Assembly (NCBI GenBank): GCA_028534125.1
Contig: CM052816.1
Coordinates: forward strand, 53,012,001 to 53,076,000
Length of the DNA stretch: 64,000 nt
Origin: Lama glama
Lineage: Eukaryota
Reading direction: 5' to 3'
The position numbers were made by a program, and so were the translations under genes. Shown here in pieces: positions 52,565-64,000 of the stretch; position 1 is the first letter of the stretch; each line of letters opens with the position of its first letter. The notes under the pieces are model-generated. The model did no database searches. It saw nothing but the letters and a program-made list of their open reading frames with translations, and had not been told where the DNA came from.

Positions 52565-53180
52565 ATTTTTCATTTTAAACTAATTTTAGACTTAAAAATT
52601 ACAAAAACTTATAGCACAGGGAAATATACACAAAATGTTATGATAAATCACAGAGAAAAAAATGTGACAATGAGTGTGTATATGTCCATGAATGACTGAA
52701 AAATTGTGCTGAACACTGGAATTTGACACAACACTGTAAAATGATTATGAATCAATAAAAAATGTAAAAAAAAAATTACAAAAACTGACAGAGAATCCTT
52801 GTATACCTCTCACTCAGCTTCCCTTAATGTTAACATCTGACATAACCACAATATAATGATTGAAACCAGGAAATTAACCTTGATGCAATACTACCAACTA
52901 AACTACAAGTCTTAGTTGTCATCAGTGTCCCTCTTCTGATCCAGGAACCTATGCAGGATCTACATTGCATTTAATTATTTCTTCTTAGTTTCCTCCATTC
53001 TGTTTCTTAGTCTTACCTTTCCTTGACACTTTTGAAGAGTACCAATCAATTATTTCATAGAATGTCTCTCAGTTTGGGCTTATATGATGTTTACTCATAG
53101 TTGGAATGAAAGCTACAAGTTTTTGGCAAAAATACCACAGAAATTATCTTGTGCTTAATATGTCTTATTACTAGTGATGT
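52565..53180 (-). mobile_element. L1MC-like 3' remnant interrupted by a young L1
   Basis: taattttagactt...cactcagcttcccttaatgttaacatc..cataaccac. Confidence 0.7.
52610..52770 (+). mobile_element. Young 5'-truncated L1 3' end (camelid-type) with 16-bp TSD
   Basis: AAAAATTACAAAAACT at 52594-52609 and 52771-52786, TT/AAAA endonuclease site, AATAAA and a poly-A tail. Confidence 0.9.
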
Positions 53181-54199
53181 GCTTTAAAAATCTTGATGAT
53201 AGAAACTATGCTTTCTTTTATATAATGTATATGTTAAAATTACTATAAAATATCAGTCCAGCAAAACATTTGGTCTGTGATGCAAATGACTTACCAAAAA
53301 CCAAAATGCTTATTAAAGAAAGCTATTATCATTAGTTAGTTAATTGGATGTGGTTAGTAGAATTTCACTAATAGGAATAAACTTTCAATAATGAGAAAGA
53401 GAAGCCGCCTTTTTCTTTGAAGTAAGGCAGTTCTTTCTTCATTGGAAAATTAAGAAAGGAGTTATCAAGAGAGGGGTCTTCTCACTTAATAGAATTGTCT
53501 TTATAATAGAAAATTGTCTTTGTTGAGGTACTTAACTCTGGACAAATTATCAAGTAGAACATTAAATGAGGAAAAAAGTGATTGCTTTAGTTTTGTTCTA
53601 TAAGTGATAACTGGAATTCTATCAGAACTTAAGTCAGAACCAATTTATAGGTCTAGCCTATCATGTGAAATCAATTTATTGCAGCAAACTTTGGTATTTT
53701 TCACATTTTAAAATTCTGAGTAAAATGAAATAAATCAACAATTTCAAAAGAAATACTACATTATATGTTCCAAACCTTATTGACATTGAAGCATCTTCTT
53801 ATGTTTCATATGAAGGAATGAAATTGTACTTCAGGCTTTGATACTCTTTAAAAAAATAGAGTACATTGTTAGGTTTTGTTTGTAGGTATTTTTCAAGATA
53901 CAATTTCATGTTTATTCCTCAAAAAAATAGGTAGAGACTCTTTTGTGGATACTTATATCTGTCATAATGATGGAAAGTCTTCCATGTTAAGCCTTCTACT
54001 TCGGTAATTTTTATATTTCTTTAGTTGGTAGGTTTTATTCACTTGGAACATCTCAGTGAAGTGTATGTGTTTTTATTTTTGAGTGGTTGTCTTTGAAACA
54101 TTCATGGATTACAAACCACATAACAGAACTGAGTACTGCTTTCTCTTCAAATGACAATATTCAGTGGAATGGGTAGAATTTTATTTTCTTTTATTTTAG

Positions 54200-54356
54200 T
54201 TCAGCAATCAGCAAACATTGGGAGGCTGAACTGGCTACCCTCAAAGGAAATAACGCCAAACTCACTGCAGCTCTGTTGGAGTCCACTGCCAACGTGAAAC
54301 AATGGAAACAGCAACTTGCTGCGTATCAAGAGGAAGCAGAACGTCTGCACAAGCGG
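54200..54356 (+). CDS. HOMER1: HOMER1 coding exon 6 (157 nt, phase 2-0), start of coiled coil of long isoforms
   Basis: Acceptor ttattttag|T, donor CGG|gtaagt. Translates (S)SAISKHWEAELATLKGNNAKLTAALLESTANVKQWKQQLAAYQEEAERLHKR. Confidence 0.97.
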
Positions 54357-54529
54357 GTAAGTTCAGGGCTGCTGTCGATAAGGATTTATGGCTAACATAT
54401 TTCCTCGATCAGAGGAAATTTACATATAGATTCAGCACAGGGATATCTTCTGGAGGCTTTTGTTGGTTATCAAAACATGTATATGGTTGTATTACACATG
54501 GGTTTATTAGTTAAGAAAAACATTTTCTG

Positions 54530-54720
54530 CAGTTTAATGAGAATGAAGAATATACGGCTTTTGGAGTCAAAAGACCTGATTGCCAATTCCTGGTCCACCA
54601 TTTATTAGCTATATGACCTTTGGTAAGTTATTCCCCTCTTTCTGCTCAGTATTCTCATCTATGGAATTGAAATAATAATATAGACTCTGTATAATTTCTG
54701 TGAAAATTGAGATACTGAAT
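54530..54720 (+). mobile_element. MIR remnant
   Basis: gcttttggagtcaaaagacctg...tagctatatgacctttggtaagtta...ctcatctatgg. Confidence 0.7.
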
Positions 54721-55169
54721 TGACATGTAATTACACTGAGTTAATGATAATGCTTTTGTTATTTTATTTTATTGTTGTTTCTTGAAGAAAGAACAATTTG
54801 AAAAATACAGGTAGAAAATTCTTTATAAAAGTTGGTAATAATAGAAATATATGGGGCAGCAAAACAAAAATCCCAATACCATTTATATCAGACCAAACAA
54901 TTACTCACAAAGAATTTTTTAAATTCAAAACATATGCATTCACTCAGTTGGAAGCAGATGTCACTAGTTTCTGTTTTTAAAAAGGATGCCAAAGAAGTGA
55001 ACTCCCTAGACAATAGGAATTGGGCTTAGTATCCCATTTCACAATTTGGACTTAGTACCCCAGAGCACAATTTGAGGAGTACAATAGGACCAGGATGACA
55101 GGGGAAGTAAGACAGGAGTTGAATAGAGACAGGACGGCAAGTAAGAACCCTGAGTAAACACCATTCCGT

Positions 55170-55348
55170 GCAGAGTATAAAGTTAAGGCGAGGAGGGAAG
55201 TTGTTTGATGAGTATAGAGTTTCCATTTCGCAATATGAAAAGTTGGAGATCTGTTTCACAACAGTGTGAATATACTTAACACTACTGAACTATACATTTA
55301 AAAATGGTTAGGATGATAAACTTTGTGTTTTTACCATAATTAAAAAAA
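55170..55348 (+). mobile_element. L1MB-like 3' end
   Basis: gtgaatatacttaacactactgaactatacatttaaaaatggttag...accataattaaaaaaa. Confidence 0.75.
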
Positions 55349-55832
55349 TTAACGTATGACAATTAACTCGTAACCCAAAAACATTCATTGGGAAGCTATC
55401 CTTTTTATGTATTCCCTGCCCTTGAGGAATTTTTGCTTTAAATAGTCAATTGAATATTAAAGAATTTTAGAAACTAAGTATTTTTATTTACTCACATGTT
55501 TATAATATCCAGTGCTCTTCTTTCCTTCCTGTAGGTCTGAATTTTCATCAGGTATCATTTCCCTTCAGCCTGAATAACTTCCTTTAGCATTTTTTGTACT
55601 TCAAGTGTACTGGCAATAAATTCTCTCAGCCTTCATATATGTGTGTGTATATATAGAGATGTGTGTCTTTACTGTAGATTGCATTTTCCTATTTCTTCAC
55701 ATGTCTAGTCATTTTCAGTTGTATATTGGACATTGTAAATGGTATCATGTAGAGCCCTTAGATTCTATTATCTTCCTCTGAATATTCAATGTTGATTTTG
55801 TTTCAGCAAGCAGTTAAATTACCTGTAGAGTA

Positions 55833-55996
55833 CAGTCATCTCTTGGTATCCAAAAGGAATTGGTTCCAGGATGCACCCCCAACCCCACAGATACCAAAAT
55901 CCACAAATGCCCAAGTCCCTTATATAAAGTGGCATAGTATAGTCAGCCCTTTGTAATCCAGATTCTGCACCCACAGTGGGTAAGGAGGGCCAAGTG
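55833..55996. mobile_element. MER2-like Tigger MITE nested in an old L1 remnant (about 55510-56610)
   Basis: TA|cagtcatctcttggtatcc...ttggttccagga...gataccaaaatccac...gagggccaagtg|TA. Confidence 0.75.
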
Positions 55997-58110
55997 TACT
56001 TTGAATTTGTGGAGGTGTGGACTTATGCTTCTTCAGTAGTTTATGTATTTCAGTTTTGCCCTTAATCCTAGGGTGAATCGATGAGTCCTGGGAAATCTAT
56101 ATCTCTGGGGCATAACCCTTCTAGGATTTCAGTGGAAAGCTGGAGGTGTTTACCAAGACCCTCTGATTTGGCAGGACCCGAACCTCAGTGTCCTCTCTGT
56201 CATGAGCACTACCACAGTTTAGCTCTTTCAGCTGTCTAACTTTTCTCCCACGCCCCTGACTCCTTGGATCCCTACTTTTACAATGCTCAGTTCAGAGATC
56301 ACCCAAAGATTTGATGGGTGTCTATGCTTATTAGAGCCCTTCCTTTCATACATTTCCCTGAATTTCTAGTCATTTTAGCTATTCTGAGGCATTTCAAAAT
56401 CCTCAGGCTCCTCAGGAGAATAAGATAACAGGTTATTGCTTGAGTTCTAGTCAAGCAATGCATCCAGGCTGCACAGGGTCTTCAGGCCAAAAATTGTGTC
56501 AATTTGTATCTCACCCAATATGGTGCTTTCTTTCAGTCTTTTGCCCAATTTGGTCACTCACCAGGGCCTTCAAACAGTTGATTTCTACATTTTGCCCATG
56601 ATTTGCAATTATTTTCTGTGGAAAAGTTAATCCAATAGAAACTACTCCATCATTTTCAAAACTGGAACTCCTCATAAGAAATTTATTACCTAATCAGACA
56701 AAGAAAACCAATATATATTAAGAATAAGGAGATAATTCCTGAGATTTTTGAACAGATGCTCAGTGTTGTGGACCAAAGGACAAGAGAGCCTTGAGCACTT
56801 GAGTAGATAGAGCTGGCTTTCTAGACAAGTGCATTCTGAGCTGAGAGTTGAGGCTTGGTAAGTTCTGAATGGTTTTAAGAAGTAAGAGAAGGCATTCTAG
56901 TTAAGTCAAAAAGATGGGTATGAGCATGGTTTGTTCTTAGGACAAGGAGATTTACCTGCTTTTAGTTCAGTGTACATACGAGAGTGTTGGGCAATGAGAT
57001 GGTTAAGTAGTTTGGGGCTAGCTTATGGAGGACCTGAGAATTTAGGTTTGATGCTGTAAAAAAAAAAAAAAAGATGAGCTGTTGAAAGGCTTTTAATGGA
57101 GGAGTCACACAATGAATGATGGAACACTAGCAGTTTGCAGAAGAGAGAAAAATAGACAACAAATGTAATTAAGTACACTGGCAAGCCATTGCTTTTGTTT
57201 ACACCTGGATGAGAAGGGTCTGCACATGTCTACTAGAGCATGAATAGAAAGAAAGTGATATGAGAGGTAGACTGACAGAATGCGGAGGTTAATTCAATAT
57301 TTGGAAAATGGGAGGGAAAGAGATTTGCTGTTTTCTTAGTAGTCTACAATTTATTATATTCTGGTCAATCAAAATGTATGAGATCTGAACATGTGTAGAG
57401 AGATTTGATAAGGTGTGTGTGTGCTTATGTTGACTTCTGTCTATTTAGACTGGTTTTGGATGGTATAACTTTTAGTGACAATGTCCTCTGTTCTCTCAAA
57501 AAATAGCAAGTGTTCATTAACAGTTATGTTGCTCTCCGGGCCCTCAGTAAATCCGTATTAAGTAGAAAATTGTTATCTTTTGCCATAAGAGACACTACTA
57601 ATGTGAAGATATTCTAGTTTCAAATGATCGAAGTTGTATTTTAAGCATATCTTTTCTTCCAGATTCTTTTACATTTTAGAAATATATTTGAAAAATTTCT
57701 CACTTCTGTAAGGCCAGTTTTCAGAACCCATATTTAATTTGAAGGCTACAGATGGAGGGCAGATGGCTGATTTTGAATTTGCTCTCAGAAATAATTTTTA
57801 AAGAAGACTTTAATGATAGGGGTTCTCTACTGTCAATTAATCTCTACTGTCATTCATTTAAATTTTCCTAACCTTTTCATGACCAAGCCATGCAAATGAT
57901 TATTTCCTTTACTTCTTTTTCTTTTGTCCTAAGTTCACATTTTTAAAGAATCTCTTCTGTTCATTCTACTCTGTCTTAATATTTCTCAAAATTTATTTTC
58001 ATATGTTAATTTCAGAATTCATTATTCACCTATCAGGGGCTTATATGTCTTCAGCAAGAAAGCCTTTGGAATTGTCATACAATTTAATCTACATTCTCAT
58101 CTAATTTTAG

Positions 58111-58221
58111 GTGACCGAGCTTGAATGTGTTAGTAGCCAAGCAAATGCCGTACACACCCATAAGACGGAATTAAATCAGACAATACAGGAACTGGAAGAG
58201 ACGCTGAAAGTGAAGGAAGAG
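58111..58221 (+). CDS. HOMER1: HOMER1 coding exon 7 (111 nt, phase 0-0), coiled coil
   Basis: Acceptor aattttag|GTG, donor GAG|gtattt. Translates VTELECVSSQANAVHTHKTELNQTIQELEETLKVKEE. Confidence 0.97.
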
Positions 58222-58812
58222 GTATTTGCTATTCTCACTCGTTTATAATCACACTAAAATATGTGTACAAATATTAGCGCCTGTGTCAGATTTAAAGGTA
58301 CTTTACACAGTAGGGTAAAGTTGTGGGATGTTTGTAGAATGAAATTTTTCTCGAGTGATACTAAACTTGTTTCTGTTGTGAAATTATGGTGAGACACTCA
58401 GACCGAGATATTGCCTCTTGCCTTCCATATGAAAAGCTGCGTTCATGTAATCAACAGAAAATCATAAGAAGTTAAATGAATTTTACAAGCTGGTTTCTCT
58501 GGTTTCCAGTCAGGAGGTTTAATATCCCAGGAAAGAATTATATCTTCATTCTTGAAGCAACCTTATAATGTTCAGTTTGCTGTTTCTAAGCAGTGCTGTA
58601 CCAAAGCCACCAAGCTGACTTGCTGCTTAAGATTATTCTGTAAAAGACAACATACTTGTAAAGGTGAATTTACCTCTTGAAAAACAAAGGAATGTTTTTT
58701 AAATCATCTTTTTTTTTTAAGGACTAGGACATTAATTTCAGGGAAAAATAAGGTTCTCTTTCCTTGATATAGTTAAATATTGTTGTTAAAGACATTGCTC
58801 TTCTTTTTCTAG

Positions 58813-58893
58813 GAAATAGAAAGATTAAAACAAGAAATTGATAACGCCAGAGAGCTACAAGAACAGAGGGACTCTTTGACTCAGAAACTACAG
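58813..58893 (+). CDS. HOMER1: HOMER1 coding exon 8 (81 nt, phase 0-0), coiled coil/leucine zipper
   Basis: Acceptor ttctttttctag|GAA, donor CAG|gtgagc. Translates EIERLKQEIDNARELQEQRDSLTQKLQ. Confidence 0.97.
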
Positions 58894-59858
58894 GTGAGCA
58901 ATAATAAGATCTTTATTCCTTTTTGCATAGAGAGGCATCAGTCATTCTTTCATATTGCAATGACCTTTTCCCCCGCAACTCCATTTTGTAGGTTGTTGGT
59001 CATTTTTCCTTTCTAGGACCTCTGCTTCATGCATAATCTTTGATTTTTCAAAAATTACTTGATAACTTCATTTGGGAGGCTTATGATCATCATAGATGGT
59101 CATTTATAAATTGTCTTTAGTAAATTATTTTAGAAATTCTAGTAAATTATTTTAGAAAATATTTTAGTACTTTTATTTACACTGAGCTAAATGTAGGAAT
59201 TACAACAGTAATGGTGCCCTAATGGAAATCAAGATAGTGTTCTTTTTCTTTCTTTGGTCTAATTAATTTTACCAATTTTTTCCTCCATACATAGTATTCT
59301 TCCTGACTCTAATTTACATGCATAGATCTTGTGTCAGTGGTAGTCAACCATGTTTAGGGAAGATCTTTCAAAATTACAAATTCTCCTCCTGCCAGCTTGG
59401 GCACTTTTCTTATGCCCCTGTGGGCTCAAGAAGGGTTAGGTCCACTTCAGGGTTTGGAGTAGAAACAAGTTCATGTAGAAAGCGAGGAATTTGGGACAAG
59501 GGGAGATCAGTAGGACCTGAAAGTCTAGGACTATAAAGAGTACCTAGATTTTAGTAGGACTGACCAACATTTGTTGAGTGCTTACTGTGACCAGACTCTG
59601 CACTTTACTTATATTATGCATTTAATCCCTGTAACAGTCCAAAAGGAAACTAAATGTTGAATAGGTTGACTTGTCCAGTGGGCACAAATTCTATGAGAAT
59701 AGAGACCCTTCCTAAAGAAAACAGGTTCTTTTTATGAAATGAGATATTTCCCCCTTCCTCTGCCATCACTGACTTCCAGCAGTCTGGGAAAAATGAAGTT
59801 GCTTGTTGTGATTTGCCCTATTAAATATTGTTTCTACATTTCAACCATCTGTGTAGAT

Positions 59859-60020
59859 TAGTGGTTCTCAGCTGGGGGCAGTTTTGTGCCCTGGGGTACA
59901 TTCAGCAGTGTGTGGAGACATTTTTGATTTTCACAAGTAGGGTGGTGGAATTGACATCTAGTAAGGCTGCTGCTAAACATTGAATTATCCAGCCCAGAAT
60001 GTCAGATTGAGAAAACCCTG
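59859..60020 (+). mobile_element. MER20 remnant
   Basis: agtggttctca.ctgggggcagttttg...ggagacatttttg...gaattatccagcccagaatgtca..gagaaaaccctg. Confidence 0.8.
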
Positions 60021-61639
60021 GTGTACAACTGAAGTATGCAGCAAGTAATCAGGGCTGGAAGGAATGGGGGAAATGCAGGCTAGTTCTGTCTTTTGTTTTG
60101 GTTTGGGCTACCATTGTTCAAGTACTTGCTGTGATTCAGGCCGTTGCTAAGCACTTATGTGTATTAGCTCCAACGCTCACAGTAGTAGGTGTGGTATCCG
60201 CATGTTCAGAGAGAAAGCAGTTCAGAGGTGTTAACAAGTGTAACTAAGGCACTTAGCTGACTGTTTCAGCAGTCAAGCATCCAAGCCATCTCCAGCAATT
60301 CTTTAGAAAAGCTTTTACAGTGTAAATGTGTACATTTACGTTGTCCTGGAGAAACCAAGAGATGGTTTATTCATATCAAACTTCTAAATGTATTTCATCA
60401 TTGATTGAGCAATAATTGAATTTTACAGCTAGCACCTGGAACTGTGAATATCACTTGTTAGCTGTTCTTTCACTGAATATCAGAAATACTGGGCAAGATA
60501 GCCTCCCTGGAACAGGACAGGAAAGCTTTCAGAAAAGCTAAGAATGAATTTTAAATGGCCAAGCCACAGAAATAACCCGTATTTTTTTTTCCAGTTTGAA
60601 GAAAATTCCTCCTTATAGCCTGCTCCCTCCCACCTAACATCTGTTTATCACAAGTCCCAACGCCCTTAAACCTCCATTCATAAATTCAGTCCAAAAAATT
60701 GGGATCATTAAATTTCTGGAATGGTAGAGGACTTCTGAAATTGTACTCCATGAAATTGGATTGTAGGTATGATTATCTAATTTGCAGGTTGGTTTTTCCC
60801 CCAATATCAATGAAACATGTTCATCATATAAAGTTAAGAAAGATGTAACTTAGGGCAAGGAAAAAAAAATTTAAAAAGGAGATATAATCTCATCATCCTA
60901 AGGCAAAGTATTTAGAGTTTCCTTCCCCCAATGTTTGTTTGGATAACTTTTTCTTTATGTAAGACATATAGATACCAATTTTTTGTCTTGCCTTCCTAAC
61001 TTAACATTATGTCATAGGCTGCATGTGTCACGGAGATGTGTAGATGTACCATAGTTTTCTTCCAGCATTCTTACATTTGTTTTCAGTGTTAACTATAATA
61101 ATGTCATAATCTTTTTGACATAATCCTGTCTTTCTCATTATTTCTTTAAGATGAACTTGTAAAAAAGAATTACTTGGCATCATTGTTTTCAAGTTTCTTA
61201 TGCTGAGAAATTGATGTCTGGAAAGGCAGGATATCCTCTGATATTGATCTCCTCCCATTTTTGCTGTCTGATAAAGAAGAAAGAGTAGCTCACTATTTTT
61301 CTTAAGTATTGTCATTTTTTGATTACGAGTAAAACTGAGTAGTTTCCTATATGTTTATTGCCGTCTTTCTATATCTTGAAGGCATCAAGTACATTTTCAC
61401 CTTAGAGTACATGGCATATCCTTGCCTGCAGTTCTAAGCCCCCAGATCTTCAAATAATCTGGTTTCTAATGTAACTGAGGTCTTGGCTTGCATGTTAATT
61501 TCTTTGACTTCTCAAGTTAAGCACTACTCTGCAGGTCTCCCCCAGACCCCAGCCCTGGGAACTCTTTGTAATATTACCATGTCTCACTTTCTTTGTAGGA
61601 CTTATCACTGTGTGAAATGATCTTATTTGTTTAATTTAT

Positions 61640-64000
61640 TTTTAAATTTTTTTATTTTGAAATAATTTCACCCTCAACAGAAAAGTTTCAAGACTGAAAT
61701 AAAGACTTTTCATGTATCTTTCACCCACATCCCCACCAAATATTAACATTTTTGCCATATTTGTTTTGTTTTATCATTATGGAACTCATTCTGTATATAT
61801 TCATTTTATTTTTTCCTAAAATGTTTGAGAATAAGTCGCAAATATGATACCCCTCTACCTCTAAAGACTTTGGTGTGTATTTTCTAAGAGTAAGAACAGT
61901 CTCTATATAACCATCAAAATCTAGAAATTATCTAAATACTTTATTCAAATTCCCATAATTGTCCTAATAATCTTTTTCATAACAGAATTTTTTAGATTGC
62001 TTTTCTGGTCCCAGATTCATTCCAGGATCACAAGTTGCATTTAGTTGTCATGTCTGTTTATTTTGATGTTTGAATTGTTCCAGATTTAGCAGGCGGGAAA
62101 CCCTTCAATGCTGCCTCTGCCTCTGTGTCCTTTTGATGTGACCCTGTCATTCTTTAAAGAACTTCATGTTTTAGCTCAACTAGATATTCCAGGTTCATCT
62201 TGTATTTCTCAGCTCCAGCTTTGAAATTAGCAATTTTTCAAAGACAAATTTTTTTTTTTTTTGCAAAGACTGGTATTTAGAAACCAAGATCTGGGCACTA
62301 GATAGACTCTTTCTGTTCTAATAGAGGTTCAAAAGTTGGTTACATTAGTTCTTCCTCTCCCCCTCTTCAATTGGTTAGGTTATTCATTTGAAATACCTTT
62401 ATGTTCATTTGTATCATACTGTATTCCATTTTAGTTTTTTCTTCCTCATTCTTCTTTATTTTATATTTGTATGCATTTACTGAGTGTATGAAACATTAAC
62501 ATGGAGAACCTGAAATGTTTGAGAATACTCATACCTAAAAGTCTGAACTGTTCAGAAAGATATCTTCAGAGAAGTGTCATCCTGTCCAGTTCAGTCCGCC
62601 CCTATTCTTGCCCCCATTCTCATCTGCCCCCTGCAGGTAACCAGTCTCAGTAGTTTCTGGTTTATGCTTTCTGTGTTTTTTACACAATGAACAGATACAT
62701 ATTTTTAAAATTTCCTCCCCCTTTTTTTCTTACACAAGTGGTAACATACTCTAGATTACTCTTCTGCATTTTGCTTTTTTCATCTAAGATATGTCCTGGA
62801 AATCACTGTTAGTTCATAGTGATCTTGTTCATTCTTTTTTATAGCTGTATAGTATTTGCGTGTACAATAGTTCATTCAACCACACTCCTTTATATGGGTA
62901 TTTAGGTTGTTTCCAGTATCCTGTGACAGTACTGCAATGAGTTATCTTGTGCGTAGGTATTTTGTTATTGTTGGAGGTGTATCTTCAGGATAGACACTTA
63001 CAAGTGAGATTTCTAAACAAGAAGGTCATACTGTCAAATTCCTCTCCATAATTGATTGTGCCTATTTTCCCTTGTACCGTCAGTGTGAGTAACTGTTTCT
63101 CCACAAGCCTTGCCAACAAAATGTGTTCTCATACTTTTTAACATTTGTCAATGTGTGATAGGTGAGAAATGATCGTTTTAATTAGTGTGTCTCATGTTAT
63201 GAGTGAGATTAAATATCTTTCATAAGCTTAAAGGCCATTTGGGCATACTTTTGTATGTATATGGATTGTGTTTCTCCCAGTTTGTCATTGGGACTTTGTT
63301 AAACACAGTGATGTTGTTTTATGGAGCAGTCAAATATATCATTCTTTTCTTTCGTTGTTTCTGGCTTGTCAATCATAGTTAAATAGCTTTTTTCCAAACT
63401 CAGATCATATAGGAATCTATCCATATTTCCCTCTAGTACTTATACAGTTTCGTTTTTTTTTTTTTTTTTTACATTTAGATCTCTTATTCATTTGGGGTTT
63501 CTCCTTTTGTATGTGGTATGAGATATGGATCTAATTTTATCTTTTTCCAAATGTCTATCTAATTATTCATTGCCATTTTTAAAATTCTATCCTTTTTTTT
63601 TTCCAGAGATTTGAGATATTCAATTTCTAGTTGTATTTTGGTTTCTCTCTGGACTTCCTTTTCTGTTCTACTAGTAACTCTTATTTATTCATGCATCCTA
63701 ATACCACACTGCTTTAATGGTAGAGGCTTTGCAAGACATTGTAATAAGTGATAAGGCCAGTCACTCCTCATAGCTTTTCATTTTCATTGTTTTTTACATA
63801 TTCTTACATGTTTATTTTTCCATATGAATTTTAGTATTAACATTAGTACCAGTTTTAGTGTCAGCAGAAGTTTAGCTCTATGAAAAGGTTTCATTGAGAT
63901 TACTTAAAATTTATAGTTCTACTTTAGCCAAAGTGATATCATCATGAGGTTTCCATCCTCTTCAGGAACAAGAGATGTCTTCCTATTTGTTCACATCTAC
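61640..64000 (-). mobile_element. Cluster of old L1M (MC/ME-like) fragments
   Basis: ttttattttgaaataatttca 3' end at about 61655, and continuous degenerate antisense L1 text from about 62600 to the window end. Confidence 0.7.

Noticed and set aside
54302..54514. 70-aa ORF overlapping exon 6
   Set aside because: An alternative frame of the real exon running into the intron.
57825..59158. Short direct duplications (tctctactgtca x2 near 57825; tagtaaattattttagaaa x2 at 59118 and 59140)
   Set aside because: Ordinary slippage duplications with no sign of function.
1..64000. CRISPR arrays, operons, rRNA genes or other prokaryotic systems
   Set aside because: The window is clearly mammalian intron-exon DNA; no regularly spaced repeat-spacer array or long prokaryote-type ORF was seen.

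Overview
AT-rich mammalian genomic DNA containing the middle of the HOMER1 gene on the + strand. Coding exons 2-8 are present with canonical GT-AG borders and encode the EVH1 domain, the P-motif linker and most of the coiled coil. Exon 1 and the last coding exon lie outside the window. The 29-kb intron 5 carries the Homer1a read-through tail (RYRFNSTIMIK*) with its long 3'UTR, and a candidate Ania-3/Vesl-1M-type terminal exon about 5.6 kb downstream. Short tRNA-derived SINEs resembling vic-1 and the young L1 3' ends point to a camelid genome (inference). The rest is intron filled with L1, L2, MIR, LTR and DNA-transposon remnants. Three observations stand out. (1) Exons 2-5 (the circHomer1 exons) total 522 nt and close into a stop-free, in-frame circle. 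(2) An antisense SINE in intron 5 offers an acceptor and reads in the HOMER1 frame like the rodent Homer1c cassette, but with a stop codon. (3) The Ania-3-like exon keeps an open 41-codon tail. Repeat subfamily names and cross-species comparisons are from recall and need database confirmation. Most short ORFs in the supplied track are noise.
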